Assembly (NCBI GenBank): GCA_965153355.1
Contig: OZ231126.1
Coordinates: forward strand, 49,352,001-49,416,000
Direction of reading: 5' to 3'
Length of the DNA: 64,000 bases
Origin: Flaccisagitta enflata
Taxonomy: Eukaryota
Under the pieces are notes generated by a model, which was not told the origin of the DNA, made no database searches, and saw only the letters and a list, made by a program, of their open reading frames with translations. Positions 57,555 to 64,000 of the stretch are shown one piece after another. Position 1 is the stretch's first letter. Every line of letters starts with the position of its first letter. A program made the translations under genes and the position numbers.

Positions 57555-57622
57555 TAAGCCGCGTTTTGGCTTCTTTGATGAACGCTGATCATTTGGGAAA
57601 ACCTAAAGAAACTCTAGTGTTA

Positions 57623-58051
57623 CACTTTTTTTTTATAAGAGACCAGTTTATAAGAGACATGAGCCTGAGATTTGCCAAAATTTTAAGAACAAAATAAAAG
57701 AATGCCCAGGCTGAGATTCAGTTTTGGTTATTTTCAAAAGAATTTTTTTTTTAATTTCTGATCTAAAAAATAAATTCTATTCAAATTTTTCAGAAATATA
57801 GGTTTTTTATCTATAAAAGAACTTCCTTATTTAGATTGCCTATGAAATTAGGCATTTTATTAAAAAAAACCATGATAACTACCATGTTTAAGATACAAAT
57901 ATTATAAATAAGGTGTTTTCATACGATTCATATTCTTATAAACATCGAAGAAATTAAGAACACTTTAAAAGAATTTCAGGCTGAAAACAGCCCAAAATTT
58001 AAGAACACCCAGGCTGAGTTCAAAAAAGTTGTCTCTTATAAAAAAAAAGTG
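57623..58051. mobile_element. MITE family B, close relative of the adjacent copy
   Basis: TA|CACTTTTTTTTTATAAGAGAC ... GTCTCTTATAAAAAAAAAGTG|TA. Confidence 0.82.
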
Positions 58052-59204
58052 TATATAGATAAATTGAAATGTTGTTTTGATATACCGTAAACGATATTTG
58101 ATATCAGTCTTCTTTAGCAAAAAAAAAAAACCCCCCAAAAAAAAAACCCAACCTATGTCTTAGTTTAGTCCTAATTTAATATTCCTATTTCTATAAAAAT
58201 CAAAATAATTTGATTATAAACATTAAAGCCTATTTTTAGAGATCAAAAGTTTTCTGCCATGATTTATGCGTCAATGAAATGAAAGACATTTATTGTACAA
58301 GCAACAAGGACGAGTACAAAGGGACGGTATGGATTTAAGCAAGGAGTCAAATCCCTTCACCCCAGATATATAATTTCGGTCGTATAAACAAACAAAAATA
58401 CAATCAAAAGATCCATAAATAGGTAATTTCTAGTAAGAGCAAGGTAGGCATGGCAGAATAAGTTCAAGTCTTTAGATATCAATGACAGGTTTAGAGTGCG
58501 TACTTTCTATCAAACGTCCAGTGCGATGTTTTCTGAGGCTTTCTGAGGCCAGGACACATCACGTGACTTTCGTCTTTGTCCTTGATGGCTCGATTTAGAC
58601 TCGGAACGGATCCATTCTGCTCTTTGCCATATCATTTCCACTTCACTTTGCCAAGACTTACGCCTCTATTTTCACCATCAGATAATCAGGGGTTCACATT
58701 TTGAAGGCACGAGGCACGCCGTGCCTCGGAAAAGGAGGAAGCTAGTCGGAAGGAAAGGAGGGAGAGGAAAGGGAAAGAGGGAAAAGAAAAGAAAGAAAAG
58801 GAAGAAAAAAAAAGAGAAAAGAAGAAAAACAAGGCCGGATACTCGGCCATCAGTTGCGGACGGGTGGGCAGGGGCGGAAATGCGCGTTTTCTTACTTTTC
58901 TACTCGATGGTTACATGGAAATGTGTTTCCATGGCAACCAACACCAATGGGCAATAAAGCATCCTTTTATTAGTTCATATTCCATATATCAGTCTCTTAA
59001 CTCTATTTGTCTTCTTGTAATGAATTCCCCTGTATTTCCAAGTCTAGACAACATCTACTGTATCTCAAAAAAAAAAAAATTGTTTGATAAAATGATGAAT
59101 TATTTTGTTTTGTAATGCTTCATTTTTGTTTAATTGCATATTTAGGGGATTAGATATTCTTGAAAAGTCCTAGACACATATTAGCATAAAATGCCAAACC
59201 AATA

Positions 59205-60119
59205 CTATCTTCCAAATAAAAATGTTGCAACCTAAGATTTTAGTTTGTTCATTACCGTAACAACATAAATCAGTCAATTGCAAATCAACCAATAATTGAT
59301 ATTTGTTCCCCCTAGCTCAAAAATGGCCGCCATTTGCCAAGGAAGTGATTTACAGAGCCTTAGATAGCGCTGTTGCATGAAAGCACTCCAAAAGTTTTGT
59401 GCAATAAAAAAAATTTTCCTTTCCTATCTTTGAGTGATCATAACTTTTTAACGGCTGGACCAATTATGTTTTGTTAAAAAGGAAAAAGATGCCCCTTGAA
59501 AAACTTTACATTTTGGTCACCAATTTTTCCTAGATTCATCAAAAAACAAATGAGTTAAGTTTGTTTGAATGGAAAAGATTATATGAAAACAAGTTAAGCA
59601 TCCTTCAGAAGCAATCATTTCATTCAAAGTTAAATAGCTTCCAAAGCAATAAAGTTACAGAGATGCGGTTTGCACAGCTGGCTTGGAAATTTGAAGAGCT
59701 TTGATTTGGTCACCAATTTTTAGTCGCGTGCACGCGACTCTACAACCAGCTTTGTCCGTTCGTCCATCCGTCCATCCGTCCGTCCGTCAAACTTTACTTT
59801 TTTTATTACTGTTAGTTATTCTTAGTCATTTTAGGTCATTTCTAGTCATTCTAAGTCATTGTTAGTCATTCTAAGTCATTTTAAGTCATTTTACGTTATA
59901 AAGTCACTAAAGTCAATTTGGTCAATTTAGTCGTATAAGTCATTTATCATCATTTCATGTCTTTTTAAGTCATCTTAAGTCATTTTAAGTCAATTTGAGT
60001 CATCCCATGTTATTTTGTCCTGCACTCGACTTATAGGTGTTGGCCTAGTTTTAAGATAGGTTAAATCATTTAGGAGTAATTGACCAAAATGTGCGGCAAC
60101 ATTTTGTTTTGGAAGATAG
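59205..60119. mobile_element. CTATCT-ended MITE with nested Helentron-like insertion (59719-60050)
   Basis: TA|CTATCTTCCAAATAAAAATGTTGC ... GCAACATTTTGTTTTGGAAGATAG|TA; shares internal GATGCGGTTTGC with the 54871 copy. Confidence 0.72.
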
Positions 60120-60318
60120 TACCTATCAGAGATTTTTTTCAGATTTGGATTATCTTTACTAGTTTTTGAGTTGTGCCGTCATAAAATGTTCCAATTGAGA
60201 TGAATCATACTGGATTTGATGACAGGGTACCGTTTCCATGTTTTCCTACTAGAGCATCGATATCGTGAACAGAAACATGGACATTGTTCCTTATCGAATT
60301 TGCTACAACTTTCTCATA

Positions 60319-60495
60319 CAGTTGAACCCCGCTCTAACAGATTTCAGGGGACCAACAATTTCTTTCTGTTATAGGCGGACTTCTGTTATTGCCAACAAAG
60401 AAAATAAAAGAAATCAATTTGAAAGGACCATGAATTTAGATCTGTTATAGGCGGAATTCCGTTGGTGGCGGGTCCGTTAGAGCGGGGTTCAACTG
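60319..60495. mobile_element. MITE family A
   Basis: TA|CAGTTGAACCCCGCTCTAAC ... GTTAGAGCGGGGTTCAACTG|TA, perfect 20-bp TIR. Confidence 0.85.
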
Positions 60496-60984
60496 TAGTA
60501 TGATCTGTATGAATGTCACTCGTTCGGTATTCGCCAGTAGCTCTTACAGATGAATGCGCTCCACCGAGGAAGAAGGAATTCTAAATTAATCACGAAGTCC
60601 CTTTTTGCCTTTCCATCAACTACGACTTGATTTCAACCAGTCCGACCTAGAAATATTTATCTTTTATTGTTTTTAGAATGACTGTGCTTCTAAACCTCCG
60701 TTAAAGAGTTTTGATAACTTTGTGCAATTTTGTTTCTAGACAACCAGTTTCCTGGGGTGTATCATTTTGCCTTGTCCCATACGGCTGCACAGATTTCAAG
60801 TCCACCGTCACGGAAGGAACATCTGACCTATGGAAACATGGACAGACAAAGCATCTTTTTTATGGTAGAGTCGAGTAGCGACTAAAGGTGTAAGATTTCA
60901 CGCGAATCCAACTTTCTTGATCGAAATTGTATGCTAATAATTGGTGATGGCGCGGATTTTCCTGTTGAAGGTTGCTCCTAATTA

Positions 60985-61394
60985 CCACGCGTATAAAAAA
61001 AAAGACGCACTTTTAAATGGTTGATTTAGCCACTAAATCTTCAAAAAACTATAGAAAATCTTAGATCATTTTGAAGCCCTTTGAAAGTACTTTCATTTGG
61101 CGCCAATCTGGTATTGCTACCTTTTTTCGTTTAGAAGTGGCATCAGTTTGACTGAAAACATTGCCCATTTCAGTTTCGCAATCCCTATGAAAAAAATGCA
61201 TTTTAGCAAAATAGTGCTTCTCTTTGCAGAGCTCTAGCTCCTAAACCGTTTAGAATACAGATCTGGGATTGGTCTAGAATGAAAGATTTTTCGAAAATCT
61301 TTCAAAATGTGTTTGTAAAAAATAATTAGAATTATTTTTTATATCTGTTTTTTCAATTGATAGATAGGTGCGTCTTTTTTTTTGATCCGCGTGG
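60985..61394. mobile_element. MITE with CCACGCG ends
   Basis: TA|CCACGCGTATAAAAAAAAAGACGCAC ... GTGCGTCTTTTTTTTGATCCGCGTGG|TA. Confidence 0.8.
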
Positions 61395-62274
61395 TATTAT
61401 TAATAAGCCATAATGAAACCCTCCCTGCTTTTTCTTTTTCTTTTTCTTCTCAATAATCCTATTATAGAATAAAGATTTTGTTGGAAAAGAGACTCGAAGA
61501 AGAAAAAAAATCTATTTTAACAAATTTACGTCACGAAGCACAACAAATATCAACTACATTCAAGCGTGATCACTCAGTTCATGTACGTTTTAGAAAAGAA
61601 ACAATGCTGGTTGTGAAATGATATGAAATCTCTTTTTCTTGTAATTGTACATGAAATTTTCCAATTTATGCCACCAAATACCAATAAGCTAAAACGATAC
61701 TACCATCAAGTTGGAAAATAACGTGGCAAGAGTATTGGAATAGGTAACATACCATAAAAATATCAAAGCTATTCACATCGGAAACAAAATAAAGATTGGA
61801 ATAAAACTTTTCTTTTTCAGATTTAAGCAAACGTTTCCCGATTTGAGTTAGCGACATGTATAAGCTGAGGCCTGCCTCGTTACACAATAGGATGCCCCCT
61901 GATCTACATATTAACAAATAAGCATGGAATGGGGTCTGCACTTAGCGCCATTTGCATTGGGTAGAAAAAAAATCTTTTTTTCATCGTAAAAGCTAAATAC
62001 TGATGGGCAGAGGCTGCGAGTATTTTTCAGTTAATTAAACTCGGCAAGACACAGTGGAGAAAGGCATGAAAATGCGAAAGAAAATTTGCACATTTTTATT
62101 CACGTAAAGAAAAGATCATGAGTTTTTTTTTCATTTACAACTCCCTATTTTACACACAAAAGTAGGCGATGAAGATTGTTGAACATATCATCATTCACTT
62201 TAGTCTTTCGAATTCCTTATTCAGAGCTTCGATATCGATATCGATATCTTCTCCAGTGTTCTGTGTGTGAATCT

Positions 62275-62519
62275 TCACTGGACATCTCCCCTTGTGATGG
62301 AAGAGGTGTCGACAGCGTCTGGGTTGGCGATTCTGATTTCCGTGTCCAAGATGCGTTCGAAGTAGTCGTAGGAGTCGTGAGGCTGGAACTTCCGCTTGTT
62401 GACAGTGCCACGATTTTTATCGGACAAATTGCACAAATTCGTTCCTTCGCGGACGTGGAAACCAAACTCGAAGGACTTGCACTCAAAGCCTAGTTGTTGG
62501 AACGCGTTCGTGCAACGGT
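62275..62519 (-). CDS. PAN/Apple-domain gene, last exon
   Basis: ATCCAG| phase 1; spliced ECADRCTNAFQQLGFECKSFEF...NLCNLSD...YDYFER fits the PAN CxxxC..FxCxSFxF..CxLS..YxYYE pattern; TGA at 62275-62277; AATAAA on - strand at 62095-62100. Confidence 0.85.
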
Positions 62520-62609
62520 CTGGATTTGGGTTAGAGAGAAGCAAAATCAAAGCTCAGAGATAGATTTGGGAACGTAGTTAGATAGACAAACAGATAGAAT
62601 GAAATACAG

Positions 62610-62719
<110 letters not shown>

Positions 62720-62802
62720 CTACAAGTAAAAAGTTTCACACAGTCCAATTCAGTCAACCAACCAACCAATCACTCAATCTATGACTCCATTTGGCAACTC
62801 AC

Positions 62803-62967
62803 CGGCACATTCTTGATGAGTGATTCCTTCGTATCCGACGTTGTTGTTGTCTCTGATGTAGTGGCGTTCGATTCTGTGGTAGCCTGGGATCGACGGCGAT
62901 CTGGATGGTGCCGGCGTCGATGGCTCTTCCGTGGGTTCGACCAAGTCAGGAACCAAATCAGGCTCAA
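62803..62967 (-). CDS. PAN/Apple-domain gene, penultimate exon (Pro/Ser/Thr linker + start of PAN)
   Basis: TTCTTCAG| phase 1; EPDLVP...PGYHRIERHYIRDNNNVGYEGITHQECA; donor CCG|GTGAGT phase 1. Confidence 0.82.
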
Positions 62968-63052
62968 CTGAAGAAGGAAAAGGAAGATTTTTTTAAGTGA
63001 TTGTTTGCTTGTTTTCGTCATTTAATCAATTCAATTTCGTTCATTCATCACT

Positions 63053-63570
63053 TTTGGGCAGCGGCCCCGAAGGGGCCGATAACCTATGCTTTCTCACATA
63101 GGGGAAATTTCTCCTTCTTCTTCTCCGTCCCCCCCCCCTCGAGGCCCAAATCTTAATCTCGAGGCCCAAATCCTAGCCTCGAGGCTCAAATCCTACCTTT
63201 GAAGCTTGAATCCCAGCCTTGAGGCTCAAATCTCAGCCTCAGGACTCAAATTTCAGCCTGAAGGCTCAAACTAAAGCCTCTAAGCTCAAATCCAGACTCG
63301 AGGCTCAAATCCTAGCCTCAAAGCTCAAATTCCAGCCTCCAAGCTAAAATCCCAGCCTCCAAGCTCAAATCCCAAGCTCAGGGCCCAAATCTCAGCCTTA
63401 AGGCCCCAAATATAGCCTCCAGGCTCTAATTCAACCCTTGAGGTTCAAATAAAAACAGCATAGGTCATCGGCTCCTTCGGGGCCGCTGCCCCTCTAACCA
63501 CCTAACACCCACAAACACTTTCATAGGGGCAACGGGTACCGCTGACCATCTGACGCTTTTGCGACTATTT
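63053..63570 (+). mobile_element. Helentron-like family 2 with internal 20-21-bp tandem repeats; others at about 7140-7518(-), 18777-19311(-), 32222-32811, 33232-33904(-)
   Basis: TTTT|GGGCAGCGGCCCC start, subterminal inverted GGGGCCGCTGCCC, conserved GGGTACCGCTGACCAT near 3' end, internal AGGCCCAAATCCCAGCCTTG-like units (a different ~40-bp unit in the 18777 copy). Confidence 0.7.
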
Positions 63571-64000
63571 TCCTTTGCCTCTTCCATCATTTTATATCTT
63601 TTTTAGTCGCGGACACGCGACTCTACACCTTGCCGTGTCGGTCGGTCGGTAGGTCGGTAGGTCGGTCCGTCCGCCCGTCACATTTTTGAATTCCGAGCGA
63701 TTTTTGCATTACTGCTCCTGCCCAACCGTCCGCGACTGGATTGCCGTGTATCCGGCCTTGTTTCTATCTATCTGTCTATCTGTCTGTCTTTCTTTCACAT
63801 TATCTTTTCTTTTCTGTCTCTCTTTTCTTTTATTTTTTTATTCATTTTTTTTCTTTCTTTCTTTTCCTCTTTCTTTCTTATTTTATTTCCTTTTTTCCTT
63901 TCTTTCATTCTTTGCCTCTTCTTTAAGCCCCCGTGTGTGCATGTGTGTGTGCGTGTGCGTGTGTGTGCGTGTGCGTGTGCGTGTGTGTGTGTGTGTGTGT

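Overview
AT-rich, repeat-dense eukaryotic (animal-like, spliceosomal GT-AG introns) genomic DNA; no prokaryotic operons, rRNA/tRNA or CRISPR arrays were recognised. Most long ORFs in the track are microsatellite artefacts. By hand-splicing with phase checks I reconstruct: (1) a complete 6-exon + strand gene (2131-7788, 328 codons) for a small type-I membrane protein: signal peptide, one MIDAS-intact VWA domain, TM helix and a short NPLY tail. It has one in-frame TGA, a tandem array built from its own exon end/splice donor, and a possible alternative short last exon. (2) A near full-length APE-RT LINE (about 9640-13800) with one nonsense codon and three separate exact 15-bp in-frame duplications. 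(3) A - strand multi-exon gene for a low-complexity protein with an MIU/UIM-like motif (15092 to about 21000); its candidate MGKLQSKP first exon lies in the spacer of a ~3.9-kb near-perfect inverted duplication (20990-24856). (4) An ORF1-only LINE-like element nested in two MITEs (27482-30184). (5) The last two exons of a PAN/Apple-domain gene (62275-62967, -). The rest is many Helentron/DINE-1-like non-autonomous elements, TA-flanked MITEs, a hAT-like element with an 8-bp TSD, minisatellites and microsatellites. All calls are from manual reading; no database searches were run.
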